A stretch of 64,000 bases of DNA, taken from the NCBI RefSeq assembly GCF_036321535.1, contig NC_087436.1, positions 75,394,001 to 75,458,000 on the forward strand, read 5' to 3'. The notes below the pieces were generated by a model. That model saw only the letters and a list, made by a program, of their open reading frames with translations, was not told the DNA's origin and did no database searches. The position numbers and the translations under genes are program-made. Below are positions 13,560 through 26,409 of the stretch, one piece after another; the stretch's first letter is position 1; every line of letters begins with the position of its first letter. Source of the DNA: Camelus dromedarius. Taxonomy: Eukaryota.

Positions 13560-14709
13560 GGATTATTTGGAGGTTTAAAAGGGTACTCTATGTGGAGCAC
13601 CTACACGGGTGTGCTACACAGGAGGCACTCGCTCACAGGTAGTTCCCATCCCCTCCCCACTGCCGCTGCGGAATGTTTGAGGGGGTGGAGCTTGCCGCCT
13701 AGTCTGCACATTTCCCGAGGAATTGCCCAGGATTTGATCCTCAAGACACTTTCCAATACCTCACTTTTCCCATCTACCAAATGGGGCCGATCATTTACTT
13801 GTAAATTGTATAAGAAATGCAGAGAATGGTGCCATGTTCTTTTTTTATTCTTGTTCTGGCTTTCCAGCTGTGACAATAGCAAAAGAAAACTTGAGAATGT
13901 AACTTAGAACGAGGACATGGAGCTGGATTGAGAAAATACCGTTGTTCTCACTGTCTGAAAGTGTATCATCAAGGTGGGTTCCCTTTTGGGTCATTTACAT
14001 TCCTCTCATTCTTTCTGCCTTGGAGCCTTTTTTTGACATCTGGCTCTCTGCAGAGAAAGCACCTGTGGTGGCCTCTTCTTTTTAATATCAAGTGCCAGCA
14101 GGTAGAGAGGCGTGTTATGCCGAGACATTGCTCACAGTCTCCTCAGGCTTCGGATGAAAGAAAGTGGAATTCCCCGAATGAGCGGAAAGTGTTTCATTAA
14201 AAACCTTAGTTGCATAAAACTGTTTATAATGTGCAGCTTTGAAAAGTGATTCTTTCCCTGCTCCAGAAAAAGATTTAAAATGACATCTCTATAAACTTTG
14301 AACATGTTACGTGTACAGAAATCCAGAGAAGGGAAATACAGGAGAGAGTCCAGATATTCATTTAGTCCAAATAACTTCTCTCAGAGAACTAGCTTTTATC
14401 TCTGAAGATAGAATAAATCCTAATACTACTAAGAGACACCTTTTGTATGTCTGTAGGCAGTCAAGGTGCCTAACTGGCAGCCACTTATGAGACGAATGGA
14501 AATAACTGTCATCTCTGATGTCTTGGTAAATAGTGGCTGCCCCAAGGAGGCATGGGGGCTGGGGGCTAGGGGTCTGGGGCAAGGATGCTGTGGCAGTGGG
14601 GACCCATAGATAGATGTGGCTCAAAAGATTTGATTAACAAACAATCTTGTGTCTATGAAGCTTGCTCTTTGACTACTGGTGATACAGCTGTATTTATATT
14701 AACTTATTT

Positions 14710-15750
14710 AACCAACCAACATTAATCAAGTGCTTACTATGTGCTAAGCACTAGAAATATAGAAATAAAAGTCAATTTCTATTCTTAAACGGTTCCTCAT
14801 CTAGTGGAGGAGATACAAGGTACTTGAGCATTTACAGTGTCTCTGGCACTGGGTGTGCTGGTGAGTGTGTGGAACAAGATAGATATTTCCTAATGTTATG
14901 AAATATTTAGCTTGGTGGGGGAAACAGACATTTAATAATAGTACAAACAATCACAGAATTGTATTCATAAGAAGTGCTGTGAAGTAAAAGCTCAGGGCAC
15001 CGTGAGAATACGTAACAGGGGCAACCAAGTTGTTGCTTTTCCAATTCTAGTACTATGTGACAAGTGCCGCCGTGGAGGTCTATGTAGGGAGCACACAGGA
15101 TAGAGGTTTACCCAGAGGGGGCAAATTAAAGAAGGGTTCATAAAAGGCAGCATCTGGATCTTGGAAGATGAGTAAGAGGTAACCAGGCAAAGAAAAAGAG
15201 TGGATTCCCTCCCGGGTCTCCAACTGTTTTTTCCCTGAGTGGTTGGTGATGCTGTTCAGCTAAACAGAAGGCATGAGGAAAGCAGGTTGAGAGAGTGACA
15301 ATAAATTTGATTTGGGTCACTTTGAGCTGAGGGACTTGTGGACATCTAAATTAAGATGCCCAGGAGGCAGAGAACTATGTGGGTCTGGAGCTCAGCAAGG
15401 AGGTGACTTGGGAATCACCAGCAGCAATTAAGACCTTAGGAATGGATGAGAGAGGGAAGGAAAAAACAGGGGCTCAGCCTGGAAGAGGTGCACAGGAGGA
15501 GAGGAGGGGCTGCAAAAGGAGACTTAGAGCCACTGGAGACATAGGAGGGCAACCAGGAGAGAGTAACGGTGCAGATGTCACAGAGGTGAAGACAGGGGTT
15601 GATGATGTCCAGTGTGGCAGAGGGGTCAAACCAGAATCGGACTTACACCGTCACTAGGTTTGGCATAGGGAGGCCATTGACTTCTTCAGTAGGTGCTGTT
15701 CCCTGGGCTGATGAGAGCAGCGGATTGAATGGTGGGTGTGGATGTGGACA
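14710..15750 (-). mobile_element. L2 LINE fragments
   Basis: caagtgcttactatgtgctaagcactag...; purine-rich L2 body tttgggtcactttgagctgagggacttgtggacatcta...gggtctggagctcag. Confidence 0.8.
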
Positions 15751-16487
15751 CAGACCTCACAGTTTCTGAAGGTCACAACTCTCGTTTTCCCCAAGGGTAT
15801 TTTTATTCCCAAGGGAGCAAAGCCTTAAACCATAAGAAGGTAGATGTTATCATAGAATATTAACAGTCACCAGATAAGGGGAGAGAGGGAAGTATTGGTG
15901 TCTGCACAGGAGTTGCTTTGGCTTCCCCTGAAACCAGACCACACTGAGATAGTGGTGGTCCACTTTCCAGCAAGACCAGTGAGGAATGTGCTCACTGAAC
16001 ATTCCCAGAGAGCATATTGCATTGTTTCTCTGTTAGTGTTTGACTACATTCTGTTTTGGACCCTATAAATAGTGGCCATGCCTTGTTCTACTGTTCAAAT
16101 GATCTCTTTAGTTTTGGTGTTAAAGTGTGTCTTCTAGCAATTGGGTTATAACAGTGGAGGCTTCTGTGTGTAGTCTCTAGTTTTGTGCATGAGCTACAGG
16201 AGGGCATTATTTAGTATTTGCTATCTTTTTTGGGGTCTGTTTTTACTCTCCTAATGGCTTTTTATATTATATTTAAAATATATTTATTTATTATGTTTAT
16301 GTTTATATTTATATATTATAACCATTCAGAGCTCTAGAAAGTGGTCAGTGCATTATCTATTTCAAATACATTAATTAATTAAAAAGTAGAAACAAACCAA
16401 CAGAAATATGAAAATTATGAGAGCAAAGAGGTCATGTGGGGAAAGCAAGCTAGCATTTATATAATGCATATTATGTTCTAGGATGGC

Positions 16488-16640
16488 TCTTGCTAGTCAG
16501 ACTGTGTCCATTGACCAGTAGTGTTAGCATCCACTGGGAGCATGTTAGGAATGCAGGCCCTTGGGCCCCACCTCAGACCTGCTGCCTTGAAATCTGAATC
16601 CCAGGTGACTTGTACTCACAGTAGAGTTTAAGAGGCTCTG
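16488..16640. mobile_element. MER5A-type hAT MITE inside a MIR
   Basis: ctgggagcatgttaggaatgcaggcccttgggccccacctcagacctgctg...ccaggtgacttgtactcacagtagagtttaagaggctctg. Confidence 0.85.
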
Positions 16641-16710
16641 CTCTAGGCACTTTTTAAACTATCACATTTAATCCTAATAATAAGCCTGTGGAATTCGTAT
16701 AGTTAACCCC

Positions 16711-17135
16711 CATATCAGTCAGCATTCACTGGAGAAAACACAACCAATAGGAGAATAAAATTAAGAGATTTATTACAGTGAATTGGCCTGCATGAATGTG
16801 GGGGCTGGCTAAGAAAGTCTGTATCCATAAAACAGGCAGCTAGGAAAGGAAGATCAAGGGCAGTCTGGAAACCCTGGGCATAGGCTGAAGCTATTATCTG
16901 CAGGCAGTCAAGAAGAGAAAATTCAGAGAAGGTGAGATCAGTTGTAGACTCAGCTGCTGTTTGGTGTCTCATTGACCAGGAAGAGCCCAGTCCCTTTTAA
17001 AGGCTCACCTGATTAGGCCAGGCCCACTGAAGATGATGTCTCTAGCTCAAAGTCAACTGATTAGGGACTTTAATTACATCTGCAAAATCCCCTCACAGCA
17101 ACACCTAGATTAATGTTTGATCAAGTAACCAGGAC
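16711..17135 (-). mobile_element. ERVL LTR (MLT2-type)
   Basis: gagaaaacacaaccaatagga...aaagtcaactgattagggactttaattacatctgcaaaatcccctcacagcaacacctagatt. Confidence 0.85.
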
Positions 17136-17774
17136 AAAGTCTGTGTGTGCTACAAATGGCTTTGCCTTCCCTTCCATCCTCATAGTTTAGCCTCACTGAG
17201 TTGATATTAAAAATAAACATGACATCTTCATTTTTTAGCAAACACAGGTCAAGTAATTTATCTTGGATCATGCAGTTGGTAAATGGTGCCCTGGTATTCA
17301 ATCCCAGGATTGTCTACCATTTTGCCTCTAGAAGAATGATCATTTTTCAACATGTGACGACCAGGCCAATACTTACAGAGTTAACATAACCCATCAGTTG
17401 ATCAACAATTATTTGCAGAGCTCCTGGTGGATCTTGTGTAGGCTATGTTAGGGGCTGTGTCAGTGAGTGTCATTTAGCAGAGTGCTGGTAAAGTGAAGCA
17501 CGGTCAACCGATTGAAGTGGTTTATAGTATGTAGCTCTTTTATTGGCTTGAGCTTTGTTAAAGTAAACTTGATTTATCAAGATTATTGTCTTACAGAATC
17601 TAGATGGGATGTATTTGTGCCAGCGTTTATAGATTGCAAGTTGGTTGCTAGCCTTTTTGAATAAACTTGCAGGTGGTGCTTGAGTCTCTAGGTTTCTGGG
17701 TTTTTTTTTTTTTCCCACTTCAGAGGTCTTTGTTTTTAACCTCAGGGTATTAGTTTTAGAGGAGGTTTGTATGA

Positions 17775-17794
17775 GTGTGTGTGTGTGTGTGTGT
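17775..17794. repeat. (GT)n microsatellite
   Basis: Seen directly. Confidence 0.85.
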
Positions 17795-19244
17795 TTTAGT
17801 CCAATAAAGTTATTTGCTTTTCTTGATTGTTAGAAAATGTGCCCCAACAAGTTGTGACCAGGTGCCTTGCATTGCTGACTGGTTGATTGTCATACAGTCC
17901 TAATTTTAGAACATGCATAAGTTTAGTTAGCATTTAAATATACCTACATTGAAAGCAGATCAGGACAAGCAAAATCTCTGAAACCTAGGCTAGTAATAAA
18001 TAAGTATAATTTGCCCACTTCTTGAAAACCGTCCACACTTGATTTTAGACTCTTATCTGTTTATTTCCATGTCTTCATTCTCAGATTCCCTTGCTCTGTC
18101 CTGATGACCCACATCTCAAGTCAACTCCTTATTTGGAATTTTCTGTTCAAAATATTTGCATGGTTCCCTTTGAGGCTGTCCCCTTTTCTGACCCTATCCT
18201 ATTAACCTGCTGATCCTAGTTGCTTTCTTGAGCCTCATGACTCCAAAAGGGTCTTAACCCCAAAGTTAAACATTCTACAGCTGTGCATGGGAAAGATGAT
18301 CTGTGTAAGACATATAGCTCTTCAGTAACATTGGAAAGTTGGGGGTTTTAAAAATAAATAGGTCAGGAAATTAGTAACCTCTCATTCAACTTGCACAAGA
18401 TTCAAATACACATTTTATTTTACCTCTCCTAAAAAACAGTTGTGATGAATGGCTGATTTTATAGAGCAGTGAGAAACAGCTGTTTGACAGACTGTTTGGG
18501 AAATTAAGGTCTTGCTCAGTTTTTTTCCACCTTCTATAATCATGAAACCTTGATGTGAGCCTGGGCAGAGAATACTAAATGGTGATCAGTTATCAGGGAT
18601 ATCTATTATAAATGCCATCTGTTCAAGGCTTCACATATATTTAATAGCATTTTTATTGAAGTACTCTATTTATCATAAAACTTGTCACTTGTGAACTATG
18701 TGGAAGTCTATATTAATTTGGAGCCAGTGTACTAAGTCTGAATCCATGAGCCTTATTCGCATATGCTGGGTCAGGACCTACGTGGGCTATTGCCCTGTCT
18801 CTTTATATAGATGTAGTTTTTAAAGACAAACTTAGCATTTTTTTATCATCTCGAGTTTGTCAGCCAGACCAGAGCAGCAATATGCAAAGTGACTCAAATG
18901 ACTATACAAACAGTGTTGCAGTCCTATTCTTTGGTGATTTCCCTATAGACTATCTCAAAATTGTGTTCTGATTAATTACTTTTCTGGTGGCAACTAAATA
19001 TAAAAATAGCAAGGAGATCTTAGTTTGGTGGCTGTCTTCCATGAGTAAAAGCTCGCAGTATATCATGCCATCACTTTTCTGTTTTCTCCTTCTTTTTATC
19101 CTGTCACCCCTCCCCGCTTCTAAATATGTCTAAACTCCTGCAGAATCTTTATTTGTATATTTTATGCTTACTTGTATTACAGTAATATATGTACTTGGCT
19201 TCTCTCCAAATCCTTGAGCCTAATATCTGGTCTGATTTACTTTT

Positions 19245-19412
19245 TTTGTTTATATATTTTTTTATTGAAGCATATAGTCAGTTTACAATGTTGTGTCAGT
19301 TTCTGGTGTACAGCATAATAGTTCAGTCGTACATGAACATACATATTTTTTTTTCATATTCTTTTTCACTGTAAGTTACTACAAGATATTGAATATAGTT
19401 CCCTATGCTATG
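19245..19412 (-). mobile_element. 5'-truncated cetartiodactyl/camelid L1 3' end with TSD
   Basis: tttattgaagcatagtcagtttacaatgttgtgtcagtttctggtgtacagc...gaatatagttccctatgcta; TSD GATTTACTTTT at 19234-19244 and 19413-19423. Confidence 0.9.
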
Positions 19413-20305
19413 GATTTACTTTTGTTTCTTCCAAAGTGCCCAATAAATATTTTGAGCACAAATGAAGATGTTGGTGCATTTAAAGAGAAACTGGTCAATT
19501 ATATATATGAAAGATGAAGAGGAGAGCTGGGAGGCACACATTCTTGAGTCCAGCGTTTTGATGTCGGAGGTCCAAACAGAGCTGCAAGACTACTTATATG
19601 TTCCTCGCTGTGTTCCTCTACTAGAAAAATGAATCCTTTAATCGAGCATAATGTTTAAGAAGGGACATAGGTGGAGTGGTGAGAGGGGAGGGAGCTCCTA
19701 ATCTTGGATCCGGATCACCTGGGCAGCTAGGGGATGATGTTACCTTCACACCTGCCCTTCCCTTGGGAGGGGAGATGATTCATAGAGGTGAGGAGGGGTG
19801 ACAGGCAGAAAACCAAGCTAGCTGATATTTGCTCTTTGGAGAAGGAATTGCTCCACCAAATTTTGTCTCCATAGCAGCCCCAGATATTTGCCCTCTGCCC
19901 AGGCATTTCTGGGAGAAAGCTCAAGGGACTGACTGAACTCATGGAACTAAACTAAGGTTTAAAGGCCACATCAGCATTAGATTTTATTCCTGTTTTTATA
20001 CATTGGATTTAACGGGGATTGGAGAGGGGAGTGCTTTTGGCTGTACAGGTAAACAAGACCGTAAGAAACTGGTACTAAATTTTAGATTTGCCAAGTACAT
20101 GGAGCATATGATGAATGAGAGGTGGGAGTTTTCTGACTAGGGTCTTCATCACCTGTCAATAGCTCTGCTGTTGGTTGCTCTTTGCCTCCTGATGAGAGGG
20201 GAGCAACTTTCCCTACTTCCCTTCTATGGAAACAGATACTCTTCAGCTGCAGTGATGTGCATTTACATCAGCTTGATTTCTTTCTCTGTGCAGAAGAGGC
20301 AGGTA

Positions 20306-20347
20306 TGTAAGTCAGAGTTCCACCAGAAAAACAGAACAAGCAGAACG

Positions 20348-20385
<38 letters not shown>

Positions 20386-20691
20386 TTATTTATCTATTTG
20401 TTTATGCAAGGAATTGGCTTGTACATATTTTGTGATCTAGATAGGCCACTGGACTCTGCAGGCCACCATGGAATTTCTTCCTCAAGGAAACCTCAGCTTT
20501 TCTCTTAAGGCCTTTCAACTGTTCGAATCAGGGGCACGCAGATTATTGAGTGTAATCTCCTTCGCTTCGAGTCAACTGATTGTAGATAATTATCTGTACA
20601 AAATAGCTTCACAGTGACACCTAGATAACTGGTTGACTAAATAACTGGGGACTACAACCTAGCCAAGTTGCCGCATAAAACTGACCATCAC
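20306..20691 (-). mobile_element. ERVL LTR (MLT2D-like) containing (AC)n at ~20349-20383
   Basis: cagaaaaacagaac...ggaaacctcagcttttctcttaaggcctttcaactg...ctagccaagttgccgcataaaactgaccatcaca. Confidence 0.88.
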
Positions 20692-21689
20692 AGAAGGGCT
20701 TTGCACTTTGGACTTCTAGACGGCATGTCAACTCTGATGTGGCATATTCTGCATTATTCCAATGAAGGGTCACTGATGCCATGGTTATGACTTCATCCCT
20801 GTGTGGATGGTTGGCTTGATTCTCCCCCCGCCTCGCCCTCATCTTTAAGTGGCCATAAAAAGGCAGCAGCATGAACGGACAGTCATAAAAGCACCATCAC
20901 AGGTGGAAAACAGCTCCAGGAGCATGCCCTACTGATGTGGTTTTAATTCCGGCTGTTAACTAATTAGTAACGTCCAGGTGAAGAGGCATGTGGCATTACC
21001 ACTGAATAGCAGGTGAGGCCCAAAGAGAGTTAAGGGCTTGCCAAGACAGGAAGTCCTTTGGGCTTGCCTTGGGACATCCATCATCTGCTTCCACTTCTGG
21101 TATATTCACCTGTCAGCTCTTCTGATTTATCTGACCATATGCATGATTATATCATGATTACTTCAAATGCACATTGTGGACAACATTTTCATTTTCATTG
21201 ACTTTAGGTTTGATCTTTCAAAACTGAAGTAACTGGTGAGCAAGTCAGTGCATCCCTCTTGGTTTCCTTCAGTCAGATTGGATGGCCTTAATCGTTTCCT
21301 TTAATATTCCCATGACAGGCTTTCACTCTCTTGATCACTTTTCTTGCACTCCCCCGAATCTTCTCACATTGTTCTTGGAGTTCAGAGGTTGGAAATGTGC
21401 TCTCAGTCGTCCAGGTTCAGAACGTGGTGTGAGGAGCAGGGAAGGATGTGGTTTTTACCACCACAAGGGTGCTTTTGCTGGCTCTTTGTCCTCTGGAAGT
21501 CGGTGTGCCTCGAGTGTAGTCGCAGACCTGCCTCTTCATCGATGGGCTTTGCCTAGGTTCTCATCCAGCCCTGTGGCTTCAGATATGGCATCTCTATACC
21601 GACTCACCAGTGCCTTCCTCCATCCCTGATCCCTCCTGTGCAGACACAGATGGAACATCTCTATGTTACTTCTCCATTTATATGTCTAG

Positions 21690-22535
21690 TGGATCCTCTG
21701 ACTTCACAAGTTCAAAAGAGAACCCTTGATTCCACAACCCCCTGCCAATCTATTTCTTCCAATCCCCCTCCCACTTATATAATTTTTGGCTTAAGACAAA
21801 TACTGCATTTTTCACAATTCTACCCTCCACGTCCAATCCATGATCATGTCTTATGCTTCTACTCCCTAAAATAGACTCTAAGTCCATTATGTCAACCCTC
21901 CTCCAAAAAATCCTCCATCTTCTTTTGCTGGACTGATGCACTAGCCTTCTAAGCTGTTTTCTTCCCTTTCTGCTGTTGCCTGGCTATATCCTTTTCTGGC
22001 CACAGAAAACCCCAACTGACTGCAGTGCAGTCAGATCAGGCCCCCTCCCTGTGTAACACCCTCCAGTGCCTCTTTGTTGTAATTAGTCTAAATGCAGACC
22101 CTTCACCACGATCGACATCTTCCTGCCTCCTTCTCAGACCTCATTTCACACTGTTCACCTTGGGACTTCTGCAGTTCAGCCACTGTGGCTTCTTTCCGCA
22201 CATATGCCAAGCTTATTACTAACTGAAGCTTTTGCGTTGTCCATTCTTTCTCCTTGAAACACTGTCCCCAGAAACCTCACATGACTGAGCCTCACTTCAC
22301 TTGTTCATGCTGTCTAAGTGGGTCACCTCCCCCAACTCCCTTCCCCGTCATCCCCACTGCTGCTGGTTATTCTTTATTTAGTTGTTTGGTTACTTATTGT
22401 TTATCACTATCTAGTAGAATGCACTGCTGTGAAGGCAGGCTGTTTAACCTCTCCTTCTCGCCCTTCCTTCATTCCTATTCACAGCATAAGATAGTATCTG
22501 GCACAGAGTAATTACTTAGTAAGTATTATTTTAAT
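21690..22535 (+). mobile_element. L2 LINE 3' portion
   Basis: ctggactgatgcactagccttctaagctg...tagaatgcactgctgtgaaggcagg...atagtatctggcacagag. Confidence 0.75.
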
Positions 22536-22608
22536 AGTGGAAGAAATACTTGCAATTTTTTTGTGCTTTTGGTCTGTAGCAGTGTCCTAGGTTGACATCT
22601 TTAAGGGG

Positions 22609-23040
22609 TGCTATGGACTGAATTGTCTCCCCAAATTCATATGTTGAAGGCCCAACCCCCAAAGTAACTGTATTTGGAGATAGGGCCTTTACAGAAGTAA
22701 TTAAAGTTAAATGAGGCCACAAGTGTAGCTTTGATCTGATTGGACTGGTGCTCTTAGAAGAAGAGGAAGAGACACCAGAGAATGCTTCTCTTGCTCTCTG
22801 ATCCCTGCCTCCCCCCCCCCCCCCCCCCCCCCGGGGCCGTGCACATGGGAAGAAAGGAAATGTGACCACCTTGTGAGAAGGCAAGCATCTGCAAGACAGA
22901 AAGAGAGCACTTCCCAGAAACTCAGGGGGCAATCTTGATCTTGGACTTGCCAGACTCCAGAACTGTGACAAATAAAGTTCTGTTATTTAAGCCACTCAGT
23001 GTGTGGTATTTTGTTATGGCAGCTCTAGCAGACCAATGCA
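22609..23040 (+). mobile_element. MaLR solo LTR (MLT1A-like)
   Basis: tgctatggactgaattgtctccccaaattcatatgttgaag...aataaa...ggtattttgttatggcagctctagcagaccaatgca; 5-bp TSD AGGGG at 22604-22608 and 23041-23045. Confidence 0.93.
22811..22832. repeat. C22 homopolymer inside the MLT1A LTR
   Basis: Seen directly. Confidence 0.9.
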
Positions 23041-24286
23041 AGGGGTGGTGTACGGCGACTACCTGATTGCTTTTGTAGGTCTAAACGCATATCTTCTTCC
23101 ACATATAATTTAGGTTGAATTTTCTTAAATGCATGAAGTGACAGTCCCTCCCCACCCCATTGTTTCTTATCTATCAATTGTCTGCCTTGTCACCTAGCTT
23201 CTGAGATCTTCTGTTAGGCTGGCGTCTTATTACTCAAGGGTCTGATGAATTAGAAAAATCATAAACATGTTAAAGTATGTTAAAGTAACATTTAAAAATG
23301 TTGAAAGGAGACTGTTCACATTACCAGGTCCTGGGGATCTGTGTGTTATTTTCATCTAGGGGAAGGCTCATTTATTATTATTTTTTTAAATCTCAAGGCC
23401 AGTTCTTTATTTATAACAATCATGTTTTATTGATCATAGTATTTTTAGTTTCTAGGGCAGTAAAGCATCTATTCTAGAACATAGTATCACCTCAAAAACT
23501 TTATGGAATGAATAATGAAAGTTTTCTAGACCCTTGCTAATTTGTTCTTAGTCTTTGATGTAAAACCTTGTTAGAAGTCTTTACATGATTAAATAATTAT
23601 ATACTTGAATAATCAGTACATACTCTTATTATACCTTTTATATTCATCCTTCATCTTGGTGTTCAAAGTTAAAACCCTGAGCTAAATTTAGAGATTTTCT
23701 TTTCTCCTTGAACTGGCTTCTCTAACTTTATCTTAGTGGTGTCTGTGGGCATGTATTTATTCTACAGTATTACTAGTGGTGATTGCATATTGTTTTCACT
23801 CCAAGATTTCATACATTCTCTGTTCCTCAAAAGTGGTAGAGGAGAAGAAAAAGGCATGTGAAGATTTGGGAATAATGATCTCTCTATCATATAAGAGAGT
23901 TGGGAAACTCCAGAATCATTCATTTTCTTTGGATTTGAAGGAGATTTTTTTCCCTGTAGAGTTTAAATGAAAATCATGGAACTCCACAGGTGGTGTTGTT
24001 CATAGGCCTTTTGAAACTGAAGTAAAAAATGAGCAAAAATTGTTGCAATGAAACGGGGTTTGAAAAACAAAGAGTGGGGTGAGGGATGACTGAGACAAAG
24101 CAGAGCAGAAATGTGGGTGAGATTCTGGGGATAGTATGTGCCGGATGCTTTAGATGAAGTTTTGCAAAAGTTCTGCTCATCTTTTTGCTTCTACAAGCAA
24201 CTCATTGTTTTTATCTCAATAACCATGGTTGTTGCTTAACTATGGTTATTTTGTCTCTTCTTCCACCCCACCCTCCCTGCAGTTAG

Positions 24287-24533
24287 TCTGGGCTCTTGAA
24301 GTCAGATTGCCTGGGTTCAAATTCTGGCTCCTCCACTTAATATTTGTGTGATCTTGGGCAAATTCCTGAATTTCTCTGTCTCAAGGAAGTGAAGAAGCAT
24401 CTCTAAAATGGGGCAAGTGGTTTAAAGAATTGCCATGGAGATTAAATGTGCTCATACATGTAAAGGACTGGAACATAATACGATGTCAGTAATTAGTAGT
24501 TGTTGTTTTATCATCATCATCATCATCATCATC
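24287..24533 (+). mobile_element. MIR SINE with (TCA)n tail
   Basis: agtcagattgcctgggttcaaattctggctcctccactta...tgtgtgatcttgggcaaatt. Confidence 0.88.
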
Positions 24534-24809
24534 TTTATTTCTCCCAGGGAGCCTAGCACATCAGTATTTTATTAATTGAACAAATTTTAAAAAATTATAC
24601 ACAGCATCTTGAAAGAATTTTAAAGTGGGAAAGCTCAGAAGTTAGGCAATTTGTTGAATAGAAATGTAGCTTGTTTCAGATACATAGAGGAGGTTGGACA
24701 AGGAAGAAGGACTGAGACAAAGGAAAAAGTTGAGAGTGAAGAGGGGACTGAATATTCAGAGGTGAGCAGAGAACTCACAACACTTTTGGAGCAGGATGGT
24801 GCAGCAGGT

Positions 24810-25295
24810 GCTTTTGACGCTTCACATCTCATCTCCTTCGCCCATGTCTGCTTTTCGCCACTTCTTTTGGGGGTTGGATGTGTGATAGGTCCATGAGAGC
24901 TCAGATTCATGCAAATAGTGCCTTACCTGCCAGGCAGCCTCTTATCTCTATCTCAAGGCCTTCTCAGATCACTGGAGTCAGCTAGGCCAGGCTGCAAGTG
25001 CAGCTTGTCAGTATGATGGAGTTTATGCCCCTGAAAACCTTCAGCCGAAAGCCCCAGCCTCCAGCCCAGCAGATGAACATTCTGGAAGGCATTCTTTTTG
25101 CCTCTTAGAGGTCCCACTGGCACACAGACCCGACTGACCATGATCTTCACAACACACCTTGGCTTCTCCTCTGTCTTTTTGTCACTCTTCCCTCCCACTC
25201 ACTCATACTTTCTGGGACATCTTCCAAATGAATTACCTTTTCCTGAGTCCTTGCCTTGTTTCAGACCCTGCTTTGGGAAGAACCCAAACAAAGAA
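24810..25295 (+). mobile_element. ERVL LTR (LTR16/LTR33-like)
   Basis: 3' end cttccaaatgaattacc...tccttgccttgtttcagaccctgctttgggaagaacccaaac. Confidence 0.6.
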
Positions 25296-26066
25296 GAAAA
25301 TGAAAGAAAGAATACAGGAAAGTGACAGGCCAGCATTCATTTGGGATGCTCTTTGCCATTCTCACTGGTGTATGGCTTGATGCTAAAATACCTTAGACAT
25401 ATTTCAGTATCTTAACTCCTTTCTACTATATTGAATCTTTCTTGAGGACAAGGACAATTTTGTTTAAATGTATTCGATATACCCCACCTTTTGTCACTCA
25501 GTGGTAGGCATATTTGTTGATGGATTGGTTTTCTAGTTGAATCTCACAATTCCTCTTGGGACTGTCATTCAGAGTAATCTAGTTTTACCAGTGGAGAATC
25601 AGTGGTGAATGATAAATGAGTTCTATTAGTTTGGGGACTTTAGGTTTTAAGAGCAGTGGCTTGTGTGATCTTTCTAGCTGAAGAATGACTGTGGCTTCTG
25701 TGAGTAATGATCTCTCCAGAGATGATCACCTCTGTAGGCACCCTTAGTCTGATATCCCTTCATGTAGTGGTGGCATTTCTTGCTTTCTGCTTTCAGTCTG
25801 TTTGTGTGAGAGAGAAATGAACTCTTTGGGGAGGATGCTACTGGAGGGCATTTGCCTCCAGAGCATGAAAGCCGTTTTTATAAATTAATGACTGAGCAAG
25901 TCAGTAAAATGGTCAAAATTAAGTAAAACTAACTAGTATTTTGAAATATTTAGTGCTTGTAATATGCCAATTAATTTTTTTGGTCTTAACTCATATTCCC
26001 CTATGAAGAGATCCATGAAAATGTGTGTGTCAGTGGTGGTGCCACATATAATGGAATATAATGGCA

Positions 26067-26409
26067 TGTCTTAGTCTTTTGGGGCTGCTCTAACAGAATG
26101 CCATAGATTGGGTGGCTTATAAACAACAGACATTTATTTCTCAGAGTTCTGGAGGCTGGGAAGTCCAAGATTAAGGTGCCAGCAAATTCCTTGTCTGGTG
26201 AGAGCCTGCTCCCTGGTTCACAGACGGCTGTCTTCCTGCTGTGTCCTCACATGGCAGAAAGAATGAGGGCGCTCTCCAGGGTCTGTTTTATAAAAGTAAT
26301 GATTCCATTCAACCTCATGACCTAATCATCTCCCAGAAGCCCTCCCCTGCATTTGTGGTTAGTTTTCAATGTATGAATTTTGGGGAGATACAGAATTCAG
26401 CCTGTAGCA
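26067..26409 (-). mobile_element. MaLR solo LTR (MLT1A0-like)
   Basis: tgtcttagtc...gggtggcttataaacaacagacatttatttctcagagttctggaggctgggaagtccaagat...attcagcctgtagca. Confidence 0.92.

Noticed and set aside
20294..20302. 9-nt microexon (tgtgcag/AAGAGGCAG/gtatgt)
   Set aside because: The donor overlaps the MLT2 LTR boundary; no other support
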